Origin: Deltaproteobacteria bacterium
GTDB lineage: Bacteria > Myxococcota_A > Polyangia > Polyangiales > Houyiibacteriaceae
Direction of reading: 5' to 3'
DNA length: 64,000 nucleotides
NCBI GenBank assembly: GCA_034670305.1
Contig: JAXMNT010000007.1
Coordinates: forward strand, 128,001-192,000
Shown: in pieces, positions 47,640-57,326 of the stretch
How positions within the stretch are numbered: position 1 is the stretch's first letter
How the letters are laid out: each line of letters starts with the position of its first letter
Made by a program: the position numbers and the translations under genes
Notes under the pieces: model-generated
Seen by the model: the letters and a program-made list of their open reading frames with translations, nothing else
What the model was told of the DNA's origin: nothing
The model's database searches: none

Positions 47640-48818
47640 ATGTCGCTGTTGTTCGTCACGTGGGATGGCCAGGCCACCAACTACCTTGAGGGGCTGTTCT
47701 TTCCGGTCCTTGGCCGGCTCAGTCGACCCGCGCACGTTCTGCAGTTCACGACCGCAGACGAACGCTCGATCGAGCGCATTGGCCGCGCCGCCGAGAGCTT
47801 TGGCGTCGGCTACCGTCCCGTGCCGGTGCGTGGAGGGCGGGCCGCCGCGCGCGCGGGTCGGGCGCTCCTTGAGTCGCGCACGTCCTTGAGGCGCGCCGTG
47901 CGGGAAGTCGATGCCAGCGTCGTCATGCCGCGATCCATGATTCCTGCGGGGATGGTGCTTGCGCACCTCCCCCGGCACATCCCGGTCGCGTTCGAAGCCG
48001 ACGGGCTGATGCAGGACGAACGCGTCGACTTCGGCGTGTGGCGTGCGAACAGTGCGCGCTACTGGGCCGCACGTTCGGTGGAAGTGCGGACGCTCTGGCG
48101 TGCGCGCGTGGTCCTGACGCGGACCGAGCGCGCCAAGAGCATCTTGTGCGCACGGGCCGGTGCGGGGTTTCCGAGGGAACGGGTGTTCGTGGTCCCGAAC
48201 GGCAAGGACGAGGACCAGTTCTGTCCGCTCGGCGCAGGCGAGCGGGAAGCCACGCGAGAAGAGCTGGGCATCGCCCCGACCGCTTTTGCGCTCGTCTACG
48301 TTGGAAGCATCGGGCCCCAGTACCTTCCAGAGGCCATGTTCCGACTGTTCGCCCGCCTCAAGAGAGCGCGTACGGATGCGAAGTTCTTGGTGCTGACGCA
48401 TGCCGTCGAAGAAGCCCGCGCGTTGGCGGAGAAAGCGGGCATCGAGCCCGCGGACCTCGTGCTGCGTCCCGCAGGTGCGTCCGAGGTACCGCGGTTCCTT
48501 GGTGCGGCGGACGCGGGCGTCGCATTGCGAAAGAACAGCTTCAGCCAGGCCGCGGTCTGTCCAATCAAGGTCGCAGAGTACCTCCTGTGTGGACTCCCCG
48601 TCGTTGCCACGCGGGGGGTCGGCGACCTGGACCGGCAACTCGACGACCGCAGCGCCGCGTTCTTGCTCGAAGATCTCGGGGACGCTTCACTCGATTCAGC
48701 GGTGGATTGGTTGAGCGTGGCCTGCGGTGCCGCGTCCCGGAAGCTCGGCGAGCGGATGTTCGGACTCCGCTCCGCCATTGCGGGGTACGAAAGGGCGCTC
48801 GCACATGCCGTCGAGTGA
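47640..48818 (+). CDS. GT4 glycosyltransferase
   Basis: 'VVPNG', 'LVYVGS', 'PIKVAEYLLCGLPVV'. Confidence 0.85.
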   Translation: MSLLFVTWDGQATNYLEGLFFPVLGRLSRPAHVLQFTTADERSIERIGRAAESFGVGYRPVPVRGGRAAARAGRALLESRTSLRRAVREVDASVVMPRSMIPAGMVLAHLPRHIPVAFEADGLMQDERVDFGVWRANSARYWAARSVEVRTLWRARVVLTRTERAKSILCARAGAGFPRERVFVVPNGKDEDQFCPLGAGEREATREELGIAPTAFALVYVGSIGPQYLPEAMFRLFARLKRARTDAKFLVLTHAVEEARALAEKAGIEPADLVLRPAGASEVPRFLGAADAGVALRKNSFSQAAVCPIKVAEYLLCGLPVVATRGVGDLDRQLDDRSAAFLLEDLGDASLDSAVDWLSVACGAASRKLGERMFGLRSAIAGYERALAHAVE

Positions 48819-49707
48819 CCCCCTCGAACGAGTGGTCCTTGCGGTGGCGACGTTCCGGGCCGTCGACTCGGTCGTGGCGTTGCTGGAGCCGCTGGCCGAA
48901 CTCCCGTTTGGCCAGATCGTGGTGGTCGACTCCCTTGCCGATGGTCGCCTCGAGGACTTGATCCGAAGGCGTGGGTGGCGGGTTCGTTACGAGAATGCGT
49001 CGACGAACCTCGGATCGGCTGGAAACTTGGCCCGCCGACTGCAGACCGCAGCCTCCACCAGTTGCCAGTTCGCGTTCGCCATCAATCACGACGGCACCGT
49101 CGGCCCCGAGACCATTCGGTCACTCGTACGCGTGGCCGACCAAGTTCCGCGACCGCTGGGTGCCATCTATCCACTTCGGCGCTATGTCCACCGCGGCGGG
49201 TCCCTCCGCTCCGCTTCTCAGGGCGGTGCGTTTCACCGCAGCGGGGCGCAGCCGAGGACGAAGTTCACCCGAACCGCCTGGAGCAGCAGCAATGGCGCTC
49301 TGTACGCGCTGGCGCCGGTCCGCAAGGCCGTGCTTCCCGAAGCGCGCCTCTGGATGGGGTGGGAGGACCTTGGCTACGGCGCGGCGCTGGAGAGCGGGGG
49401 CTACGCCCAGTACGTGGCGAACCAGGTGGTGATGGACGACCCGTACGAGTACGTCCTCAAACGCATCGGGCCCTGGCAGCGGTACATCACCCAGAAGCCC
49501 ACCTGGTACCAGTACTACTCGGTTCGAAACCTCATCCTGTTGGCCCAGAACGAGCCGCGCCTCCGCAAGGTCGCCTTTCAGAAGATCGCCGTGGAGTTGG
49601 GCATGGTCGCCTTGTTGCGGGACCAGAAGCTGGAGCGGCTCGGACTCGCAGCGCGAGGGCTGCTGGACGGAGCACTTCAGCGCAGCGGCAAGTGGGTCAA
49701 GCCCTGA
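48805..49707 (+). CDS. GT2 glycosyltransferase (rhamnosyltransferase-like)
   Basis: 'IVVVDS', 'NLGSAG', 'NHDG', 'WEDL.Y', 'YYSVRN'. Confidence 0.8.
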   Translation: MPSSDPLERVVLAVATFRAVDSVVALLEPLAELPFGQIVVVDSLADGRLEDLIRRRGWRVRYENASTNLGSAGNLARRLQTAASTSCQFAFAINHDGTVGPETIRSLVRVADQVPRPLGAIYPLRRYVHRGGSLRSASQGGAFHRSGAQPRTKFTRTAWSSSNGALYALAPVRKAVLPEARLWMGWEDLGYGAALESGGYAQYVANQVVMDDPYEYVLKRIGPWQRYITQKPTWYQYYSVRNLILLAQNEPRLRKVAFQKIAVELGMVALLRDQKLERLGLAARGLLDGALQRSGKWVKP

Positions 49708-50800
49708 GCACGTCTTCGTAGACCGCGGCGACATCCGCGGCGTAGCGCGCTGCGGAAAAACGACTGGCCGCACGAAGCGCTCCTGCTCCACCGAGTCGTT
49801 CCCGCAAACTGGCATCTGCCAGCAGTCGCTTCATCGCGGCCGCGAGTTGGTCGACGGCGCCACAGGGCACATGGAGCCCCGTTTCTTCGTCGACGACCAC
49901 ATCGACCATGCCGCCTGTCGCCGTGCAGATGGTGGGCAGGGCGGCGAACATGGCTTCGACCAACACCAACCCGAACGACTCCCTCGCGGAGGTGAGCGCG
50001 AAGACGTCCATCGCGCCATAAAGGTTCGCGGTGTCGCGACGGTACCCGGTGAAGACCACCCGCTCGGACACTCCAAGCGTAGCAGCCAGTCGCGTCAGCA
50101 TGGCCCGGTCGGGCCCTTCACCCACGAGCAGGAGCCGCGCCTCGGGTAGGGTGGGGGCGACCAGAGCGAATGCACGGATGAGGTCCGAAAAGCGCTTCAC
50201 ATGATCGTACATCCGGCCGACGGAACCAACGACCACCGCGTCCTTCGCGAATCCGAGGGAGCGACGGACGGAAGCCCGATCTTCGGTGGTCGGAAGGTTG
50301 CGGACGCCGTTAAACAGCACCTGCCGCTTGCGGGCGGGTATGCGCATCCGACGAAGGTAGTCCCCAACCGCATTCGACACCCCAAGGCAGCGGTCCGCAC
50401 GGGCAGCGCACAGCCGAAACAGCAGATTGGCTTTTGGCGAACGTCCGGTCGGAATGCCGATCTCTTCGATGATGAGCTTGGTCCGGGGATGGATACACGC
50501 CAGGAGGGCCGCTTGGGTCACCCCTTCGAACACCGCACCATGAAGGATGTGGGGACGAAACTCGCCGCATACCCGTCGAAGGCGCTGCGTGGAGCGGAGG
50601 TCCGTCGGGGCCCAGGATCCCCCCACCGCGACCACACGGGTGCCGCGATCCTCGAGTTCTCCGGCGAGCGGGCCCCGGGTGAAGATGCATGCAACCCGCT
50701 GCTCGATCGTGGGCAGGTGCTCCGCCAAGCTCAGGCGCCGCATCTCGACGCCGCCCGAGCTCACCCAGGGAATGCAGTGGAGAACCCGGATGGGTTCCAT
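49697..50800 (-). CDS. GT4 glycosyltransferase
   Basis: 'GGVE', 'SVGRM...KRF', 'RESFGLVLVEAM'. Confidence 0.9.
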   Translation of the reverse strand: MEPIRVLHCIPWVSSGGVEMRRLSLAEHLPTIEQRVACIFTRGPLAGELEDRGTRVVAVGGSWAPTDLRSTQRLRRVCGEFRPHILHGAVFEGVTQAALLACIHPRTKLIIEEIGIPTGRSPKANLLFRLCAARADRCLGVSNAVGDYLRRMRIPARKRQVLFNGVRNLPTTEDRASVRRSLGFAKDAVVVGSVGRMYDHVKRFSDLIRAFALVAPTLPEARLLLVGEGPDRAMLTRLAATLGVSERVVFTGYRRDTANLYGAMDVFALTSARESFGLVLVEAMFAALPTICTATGGMVDVVVDEETGLHVPCGAVDQLAAAMKRLLADASLRERLGGAGALRAASRFSAARYAADVAAVYEDVLRA

Positions 50801-50808
50801 CGTTGGAG

Positions 50809-52956
50809 CTACGGCTTCACGTAGAAGATGTCCGGCCCATCCACCGCGGTGGCGCTGGCCCCGTCAATCGTGGCCATCCCTTCGTAGTAGCCTGTGTAGA
50901 CAGCACCGCCCGAGTTGATCGCACATGCGGTCGCGTCGTCGGTGCCTGTCCCCCCGTCACGCGTCGCGGCGCTCATGACCCCCGACGTGCTGTACCGAAC
51001 CGAGAATGCGTCCCGTCCACCGAAAGCGGGCGGGAACCCAGTCACAGCTCCGGTCAGGCTGCCACACACGATGATCGAGCCTCCAGCCGCCGGGTTTGCG
51101 CTCAACCCGCGCGGAATGTCGTTGCCTGTGCCACCGAACGTACGTACCCATCGGAACGCGCCACCCGAGGAGAGTGCCAGCACGAATCCATCCGTTGCAC
51201 CGGCGCTCGCGATGGGTCCGCTTCCGAAGTCGACGCTGACCTTGAACGACCCGGCCACGTACACCCGGTTGGACGAGTCGAGACCGATGCCGTTGCCGGT
51301 GTCTCCGTTGGTCCCACCGAACCGGAACGCCCAGGCCGGCGCGAGGGTGGTGCCGGACAGACGAGCGACGAAGATGTCTTCCTGCCCGGCACTCGTGAGC
51401 ATCGTGCTCCCAACGGACATGGTGTCCACGAACGCGCCCGTGATGTACAGGTTGCTGCTGTTCGCGACGATGCCGTAGCCGGAGTCCTTCCCCGTTCCGC
51501 CGAAGGATCGGCTGGCGAGGTGGGCACCCGTCGTTCCGCTGTACCGAGCGACAAAGATGTCTCGGTTGCCGGCGCTGGTGAAACTCGACCCACCGAAGGA
51601 AACTGAGTTCTCAAACGTCCCCGTGACGACGACGTTGCCGTTGGGTCGGACTGCGATCCCGCGACCCGAGTCGATGCCGGTGCCACCAAACGCACGGGCC
51701 CAACGCAGGTTGCCGTTCGCTTCGAGGACCATGACGAACATGTCCGGCCCGCCCGCGCCACCGATGGGTCCCGCCCCAAAGTCCACCGCGCTGTTGATGT
51801 TGCCCGTGACCGCGATTTCGCCGCTCGGTCCAATCGCGACCTGGACGTCGTTGTCACCGTCGTTGTTGGGGCCGCCGAAGTTCTGACTCCACAGGTGCGC
51901 ACCCGCGGCGTCGAACTTGGCGATGAAGATGTCGGCCGCGTCCGCGTTGAGAGCACCGCCGCCGAAGTCGAGGTCTGCGTTGAACCGACCCACCAGCACC
52001 ACGTTGCCTGCCGCATCACGGGCGACACCGTAGGCACGGTCGCTGGAGGCGCCCCCGAACACGTTGGCCGCGGCCGGGCAGTCCGCGCAACTTCCGCCGC
52101 AGTCGACCCCGAGCTCGTCTCCATCCAGCGTCCCGCTCTCGCAGTGGGCCGGCAAACACATATCGATCCCCGCGCCGAAGCCAAAGGAGTCGCCGCTGTC
52201 CTCGATGCAGACTTGACCACTGACGCATCGGAAATCGTCCCCGTCGCAGTCGCCATGGCCCTGCATACACAGGCAGGTCGTGGTGCAGTGACCGGGTTGA
52301 CCGTTGGCGGGAACACCGGCGCAGTCCATCCCGCAGTTGGTTCCGCAGTCCGCCCCACCACAGTCGACCGAGGTCTCATCGGCATCCAATGTGCCGTTGT
52401 TGCAGTGTGGTGCCACACAGACGTCGTCGGTTGTGCCGAAGCCGAACTGGTCGCCGAGGTCCGCCCCGCATTCGAGCCCCGCTACGCATTCGTTGTCCCC
52501 ATCGCAGTCCGCGTCACCCGCGGAGCACGGACAAGTTGGCGTGCAGTGGTTGCGCGACGGTGCCGCCGGGAGATCGTCACAAAGTCCTCCGCAGCTCGGA
52601 CCACAATCGGCGCCGCCGCAGTCGATGGCGGTTTCGTCCATGTCTTGCGTTCCGTTGGCGCAGTGGGGAGGCACACAAACGTCGGTCTGGGCCGCGAACC
52701 CAAACTGAGCTCCGTTGTCGCGCGCGCAAACGAGTCCCACCTCACACTGGTCGTCCCGGTCACAATCACCCTCGCCGCTGGCACAAGGAAACGCCGGGTC
52801 GATGCAATAGTGGGAGTCTCCGTTCATGCCCCCATTGCCCTTGACGCCAGCCTGGATCACGCCGCCGAATTCGTCGTCCCATTCTCCCTGCAGACAACCG
52901 GTGGCGAGCACCAGTACGGCGCACATGGAAGGAAGGAAAACTCTCAACGTTGACAT
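50809..52956 (-). CDS. Cys-rich repeat lipoprotein with C-terminal SBBP-like beta-propeller
   Basis: Lipobox LATG-C, three ~80-aa Cys-rich repeats, then repeats of 'FGGT..D.G..IA....GN.YV.G.F....DFG...D.FV'. Confidence 0.8.
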   Translation of the reverse strand: MSTLRVFLPSMCAVLVLATGCLQGEWDDEFGGVIQAGVKGNGGMNGDSHYCIDPAFPCASGEGDCDRDDQCEVGLVCARDNGAQFGFAAQTDVCVPPHCANGTQDMDETAIDCGGADCGPSCGGLCDDLPAAPSRNHCTPTCPCSAGDADCDGDNECVAGLECGADLGDQFGFGTTDDVCVAPHCNNGTLDADETSVDCGGADCGTNCGMDCAGVPANGQPGHCTTTCLCMQGHGDCDGDDFRCVSGQVCIEDSGDSFGFGAGIDMCLPAHCESGTLDGDELGVDCGGSCADCPAAANVFGGASSDRAYGVARDAAGNVVLVGRFNADLDFGGGALNADAADIFIAKFDAAGAHLWSQNFGGPNNDGDNDVQVAIGPSGEIAVTGNINSAVDFGAGPIGGAGGPDMFVMVLEANGNLRWARAFGGTGIDSGRGIAVRPNGNVVVTGTFENSVSFGGSSFTSAGNRDIFVARYSGTTGAHLASRSFGGTGKDSGYGIVANSSNLYITGAFVDTMSVGSTMLTSAGQEDIFVARLSGTTLAPAWAFRFGGTNGDTGNGIGLDSSNRVYVAGSFKVSVDFGSGPIASAGATDGFVLALSSGGAFRWVRTFGGTGNDIPRGLSANPAAGGSIIVCGSLTGAVTGFPPAFGGRDAFSVRYSTSGVMSAATRDGGTGTDDATACAINSGGAVYTGYYEGMATIDGASATAVDGPDIFYVKP

Positions 52957-53097
52957 GGGTGTACTCCAGAGTGGCAAGACAACGATGGTGGTATGTCTTG
53001 CGGACGTGTGCAAGGGGTGCAGACTAGTTGCGGGAACCGAGTGGACCGTTCACGGCAACCCTCTTTACTTCCAAATCCCATGATGTAGAGCAGGAGC

Positions 53098-54021
53098 ATG
53101 GCAAAGGTCCTGGTGACGGGGGGCGCTGGCTTCATCGGCTCGCACTTGATCGAGAAACTGGTTGCGGGAGGCGATGAGGTTGTCGTCGTCGACAATCTGC
53201 TCTCGGGTCGCAGGGACAACCTCCCGGCGAACGTCCGGTTGATCGAGGCCGACGTTTGCGACGTGCTGGACCTTCGGGACCAGATCGGTGAGGTCGACCA
53301 GATTTTCCACCTCGCGGCCCTGATCAGCGGCCACGACAGCCTCGGGGAGGCCGATGCGTACTGGCAGACCAACCTCACGGGGGTCCTGCGGCTGATTGAT
53401 TTTACGGCCGGGTCGACCCGAAAGCCCAAGCTGATCTTCGCGTCGAGCTCGACGGTTTACGGCAACCAGCCGCCCGGCCACATCACCGAGGCTGCACTGC
53501 CAGCCCCTACCACCACCTACGCCTTGACGAAGCTCGCGGCGGAGCATTCGCTTCGGATGTACGGGGAACTGTATGGAATCGAACATGTCGCCCTGCGGCT
53601 GTTCAATGTGTATGGCCCGCGCCAGAACCCGGATCACCCGTACGCCAACGTGACCTGCAAGTTCGCCAGAGCCGGCGCGCAGGGACTGCCCATCAAGCTG
53701 TTCGGGGACGGACTCCAGTCGAGGGACTTCGTCTACATCAGCGACGTGGTCGATGCTTTCCTGGCGGTGCGGGGCCCCTGCAAGCACCACCTGTACAACG
53801 TGGGAACCGGACACGTGACGACCATCCGCGAACTCATCGACACGATCGAGTCGTTGACCAGCACGTCGTTTGAGATCGAACAGTGCCCGCCGTGGCCGAA
53901 CGACATCCGCACGATTTCAGCCGACACCACTCGAATTCGAGACGAGTTCGACCTGGCGACGCCCACGTCCATCGACGTCGGCCTCGGCGCGACGGTCGAG
54001 TACTTCGCCCAGTGTCGGTAG
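53098..54021 (+). CDS. NAD-dependent sugar epimerase/dehydratase
   Basis: TGGAGFIG, 'ASSSTVYG', YALTK, 'RLFNVYGP'; GGAG RBS. Confidence 0.9.
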   Translation: MAKVLVTGGAGFIGSHLIEKLVAGGDEVVVVDNLLSGRRDNLPANVRLIEADVCDVLDLRDQIGEVDQIFHLAALISGHDSLGEADAYWQTNLTGVLRLIDFTAGSTRKPKLIFASSSTVYGNQPPGHITEAALPAPTTTYALTKLAAEHSLRMYGELYGIEHVALRLFNVYGPRQNPDHPYANVTCKFARAGAQGLPIKLFGDGLQSRDFVYISDVVDAFLAVRGPCKHHLYNVGTGHVTTIRELIDTIESLTSTSFEIEQCPPWPNDIRTISADTTRIRDEFDLATPTSIDVGLGATVEYFAQCR

Positions 54022-54022
54022 C

Positions 54023-54961
54023 TCAGTCGTGACAACAGAGGACGCCGCCGCCTTGGCGCGGGTCCGTTTTGGTCACTTCTGCCGCCTCGTTGCTGTTGCC
54101 GGAACCCGTGCCACAGGCCCAACCTTGGTCCCGGAGATCACGGCAAGAACAGCAGGCGCGCGCGTTGAGTAGTCCGCACATCTCCTGGGGCATCGTGGAG
54201 GTCGCGATCATCCCACATCCAAAGATGTCGTCGTTCCCACCGTCGCAAACGCCGCGTCCAGCGCTGCTGGTTCGCTGGAGGTAAAACGTATTGGGACTGC
54301 TGGTCGCGGCGCCACAACCATCGGGAGCGAGGCTGCCGACTTCAGCGGGGCTCGCACAGACGTGCCAGTCCACGGCACAGAGGTCCTCGACATTGCACCC
54401 GGAACCATCGGCCTGCAGACCGTCGTTTCCCGCCTGGCGCCCACAGGCAGGGCCCCCGACGGCCAGACCGGGAATCGACCAGGCTCCGCTGCATGCTGCG
54501 ATCCCGGGGTAGCGTTCCGTGTCGGCGAATCCTTCGCGCGAGCCATCGGCGCAGCCAGCCTCCGCGCAGTCGACCCCGTCGTCCACGCTCTCGTTGCAGT
54601 CGTTGTCCCGCCCGTCGCACACCTCGGGGTTGCCCGGAAACTGACTGGGATCGGTGTCGTCGCAGTCGTTGCACACCAGAGAACCATCGTCGTCGGAGTC
54701 TTCGTCCGGGACACCGCAGCCGCACACCATCGGTTCGATCTTCAACGCGTCGTCGGGACAACCGTCGAGACAGTCGACCACGAGGTCTCCGTCTCGGTCC
54801 CCAGTGCAACTGGCGTCCTCGTCGGGCACATCGGTCCCGACATCTGTGGACGGCGTGTCGGGGGATGCATCTCGGGAAGCGTCGTTCTCCACGTTGAGTC
54901 CGCTGCGGTCGATCGCGCACCCCAACGAAAGAGCCCCAACGAGCAAGAGGAGGCGGGTCAT
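54023..54961 (-). CDS. Cys/Asp-rich lipoprotein (TSP3-like + MopE-like repeat)
   Basis: Lipobox LSLG-C, 'DRDGDLVVDCLDGCP', 'DCDDTDP..FPGNPEVCDGRDNDCN', ends 'GVLCCHD'. Confidence 0.75.
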   Translation of the reverse strand: MTRLLLLVGALSLGCAIDRSGLNVENDASRDASPDTPSTDVGTDVPDEDASCTGDRDGDLVVDCLDGCPDDALKIEPMVCGCGVPDEDSDDDGSLVCNDCDDTDPSQFPGNPEVCDGRDNDCNESVDDGVDCAEAGCADGSREGFADTERYPGIAACSGAWSIPGLAVGGPACGRQAGNDGLQADGSGCNVEDLCAVDWHVCASPAEVGSLAPDGCGAATSSPNTFYLQRTSSAGRGVCDGGNDDIFGCGMIATSTMPQEMCGLLNARACCSCRDLRDQGWACGTGSGNSNEAAEVTKTDPRQGGGVLCCHD

Positions 54962-55014
54962 GCCCCGTAGGCTAGTTCGAACACCTCATGACACCAAGCC
55001 TGATGGCGGCCGCG

Positions 55015-55947
55015 TCAGTTGCTGAGGCGGGTGCGGAAGTCTTGGATGGTGCGTCGGAGGCCGGCTTCTAGGTCGATGGTGGGGTCGAAGCCTAGGGCGG
55101 TTTGGGCGCGCGAGATGTCGGGGCGACGTTGTTTGGGGTCGTCGGCGGGGAGGGGTTTGAAGGTGAGTTCGGAGCCGGCTTGGGTCTCCGCGATGATCTG
55201 GGTGGCGAGCTCTCGAATGGTGAACTCGCCGGGGTTGCCGAGGTTCACGGGTCCGGCTTCGGTGGGGTGTTCCATCAGGAGCATCAGTCCCCGGACGAGG
55301 TCGTCGACGTAGCAGAAGGAGCGGGTCTGTTGGCCTTCGCCGTAGATGGTCAGCGCTTCGCCGCGCAGCGCTTGCACGATGAAGTTGCTGACGACGCGGC
55401 CGTCGTCGATGGCCATGCGCGGTCCGTAGGTGTTGAAGATGCGGGCGACGCGGATCTCCACACCGGCTTGGCGGTGGTAGTCGAAACACAGGGTCTCGGC
55501 GGAGCGTTTGCCTTCGTCGTAGCAAGCGCGGGGGCCGATGGGGTTGACGTTGCCCCAGTAGGACTCGGGCTGCGGATGCACGTGGGGGTCGCCGTACACT
55601 TCGCTGGTGCTGGCCTGCAGGATGCGCGCGCCGGTGTGCCGGGCGAGCTCGAGGCCGTGGATCATGCCCTGGACGTTGGTGCGGATCGTCTTGATGGGAT
55701 CGCGCTGGTAGTGGACCGGGCTCGCGGGGCACGCGAGGTTGTAGATGCGATCGGCCGGCGCGAAGTAGGGGAGGGTGACGTCGTGCTCGAAGAGCTCGAA
55801 GAGGTCGTGGCCCTGGAGGTGTTCGACGTTGCCGCGATCTCCGGTGGAGAGGTCGTCGATGCACAGGACGCTGTGTCCCTGCGCGATGAGGCGTTCGCAC
55901 AAGTGCGAGCCGACGAACCCTGCACCCCCCGTGACGACGACGCGCAT
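55015..55947 (-). CDS. uxs: UDP-glucuronate decarboxylase (UDP-xylose synthase)
   Basis: [11 protein letters not shown], '[12 protein letters not shown]', '[10 protein letters not shown]', 'RACYDEGKR', 'DDGRVVSNF'. Confidence 0.93.
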   Translation of the reverse strand: MRVVVTGGAGFVGSHLCERLIAQGHSVLCIDDLSTGDRGNVEHLQGHDLFELFEHDVTLPYFAPADRIYNLACPASPVHYQRDPIKTIRTNVQGMIHGLELARHTGARILQASTSEVYGDPHVHPQPESYWGNVNPIGPRACYDEGKRSAETLCFDYHRQAGVEIRVARIFNTYGPRMAIDDGRVVSNFIVQALRGEALTIYGEGQQTRSFCYVDDLVRGLMLLMEHPTEAGPVNLGNPGEFTIRELATQIIAETQAGSELTFKPLPADDPKQRRPDISRAQTALGFDPTIDLEAGLRRTIQDFRTRLSN

Positions 55948-57257
55948 CAGCTGCCTCGGACCCCGATGCCTTCGTACTCGAAGCCCTGGGCGCGCAGGCC
56001 GTACGAGGACCAGATGTTTCGGCCATCCATGAGCAGCGCACGGGTCATCTTGGCGCGGAGCCGGTCGAAGTCGGGGTTCTGGTACTCGCGCCACTCGGTG
56101 AGCAAGCAGAGCGCGTCGGCGCCATCGGCCGCGGCGTAGGCGTCGTCGACGAAGGTCACGCGGTCGCCGTAGCGGGACTCGCCGTTCTCCCGCGCTTCGG
56201 GGTCGTGGGCGACGACGGTGGCGCCGTCTGCGATGAGCGCGTCCATCAGGGTGAGCGAGGCGGAGTCGCGGATGTCGTCGGTCTTGGGTTTGAAGGCGAC
56301 GCCCCACACAGCGATCTTCTTGCCGCGGAGGTCTCCGTCGAACTTCTCCCGGAGCTTGCGGAAGATGACGCCCTTCTGGCGGTCGTTGACGCGGTCGGTG
56401 GTGGCGGCGAGTTCGAGCTCGAGGCCGTGGTCGCGGCCGGTGTGGACCAAGGCTTTGACGTCCTTGGGGAAGCAGCTGCCGCCGTAGCCGGGTCCTGCGT
56501 AGAGGAACTTCGCGCCGATGCGATCGTCGCTGCCGACGCCGTGGCGGACCGAGTGCACGTCCGCGCCGACCTTCTCACACAGGAGCGCGATCTCGTTCAT
56601 GAACGAGATGCGCATGGCGAGCATGGTGTTGGAGACGTACTTGGTGAGCTCGGCGCTGGCCGGGTCCATCCAGACGATGCGGTCCTTGTCGAGACACACC
56701 GGGTGGTAGAGGCGCGCCATGTGGGTGCGGGCGAACTCGTCGTCCGCGTCACAGCCGAGGACGACGCGATCCGGGCGGAGGAAGTCGGCCACCGCCGCGC
56801 CTTCTTTGAGGAACTCCGGGTTGGAGACGACGTGGATGCGGTGAGGTGCGTCTTCGACAAGGCGGCGGACCCGGGCGTTCGTTCCGACCGGCACGGTGCT
56901 CTTGAGCACCAACACCATTTCGCGTTTGCAGTGTTTGGCCACGGTCTCGGCCACGGCGTCGACGGCGCGCAGGTCGGCGCCGCCGTCTCCGCGAGGGGGG
57001 GTGCCGACGGCCACGAAAACCATGGTGGCGGCTTCGATGGCGGACTCGACGTCGCTCGTGAACTCGAGCCGGCCAGCGGCGACGTTCCGTTTCACGACGT
57101 CTTCCAGCCCGGGTTCGAAGATCGGGATCCGGCCGTCTTGCAGCGTCTTGATCTTCGCTTCGTTGACGTCGGCGCAGATCACGTCTTGCCCCGTTTCGGC
57201 GAAGCACGCGCCGCTCACGAGGCCGACGTATCCGGTTCCCACCATGCAGAGTTTCAT
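55947..57257 (-). CDS. ugd: UDP-glucose 6-dehydrogenase
   Basis: GTGYVG, 'KSTVPVGT', 'SNPEFLKEG', '[10 protein letters not shown]', '[11 protein letters not shown]'. ATG at 57257. Confidence 0.95.
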   Translation of the reverse strand: MKLCMVGTGYVGLVSGACFAETGQDVICADVNEAKIKTLQDGRIPIFEPGLEDVVKRNVAAGRLEFTSDVESAIEAATMVFVAVGTPPRGDGGADLRAVDAVAETVAKHCKREMVLVLKSTVPVGTNARVRRLVEDAPHRIHVVSNPEFLKEGAAVADFLRPDRVVLGCDADDEFARTHMARLYHPVCLDKDRIVWMDPASAELTKYVSNTMLAMRISFMNEIALLCEKVGADVHSVRHGVGSDDRIGAKFLYAGPGYGGSCFPKDVKALVHTGRDHGLELELAATTDRVNDRQKGVIFRKLREKFDGDLRGKKIAVWGVAFKPKTDDIRDSASLTLMDALIADGATVVAHDPEARENGESRYGDRVTFVDDAYAAADGADALCLLTEWREYQNPDFDRLRAKMTRALLMDGRNIWSSYGLRAQGFEYEGIGVRGS

Positions 57258-57326
57258 GTCGCGCACGGAGTAGCGCCCGCAGCCAAAGAGTTCAATGCAA
57301 CGCCGTTGCACGGGTATGGTCCCGGC

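Noticed and set aside
46710-48638. 700+ aa overlapping glycosyltransferase ORFs on both strands
   Set aside because: Each extension is the antisense of the divergent neighbour; real starts are near 47531 (-) and 47640 (+).
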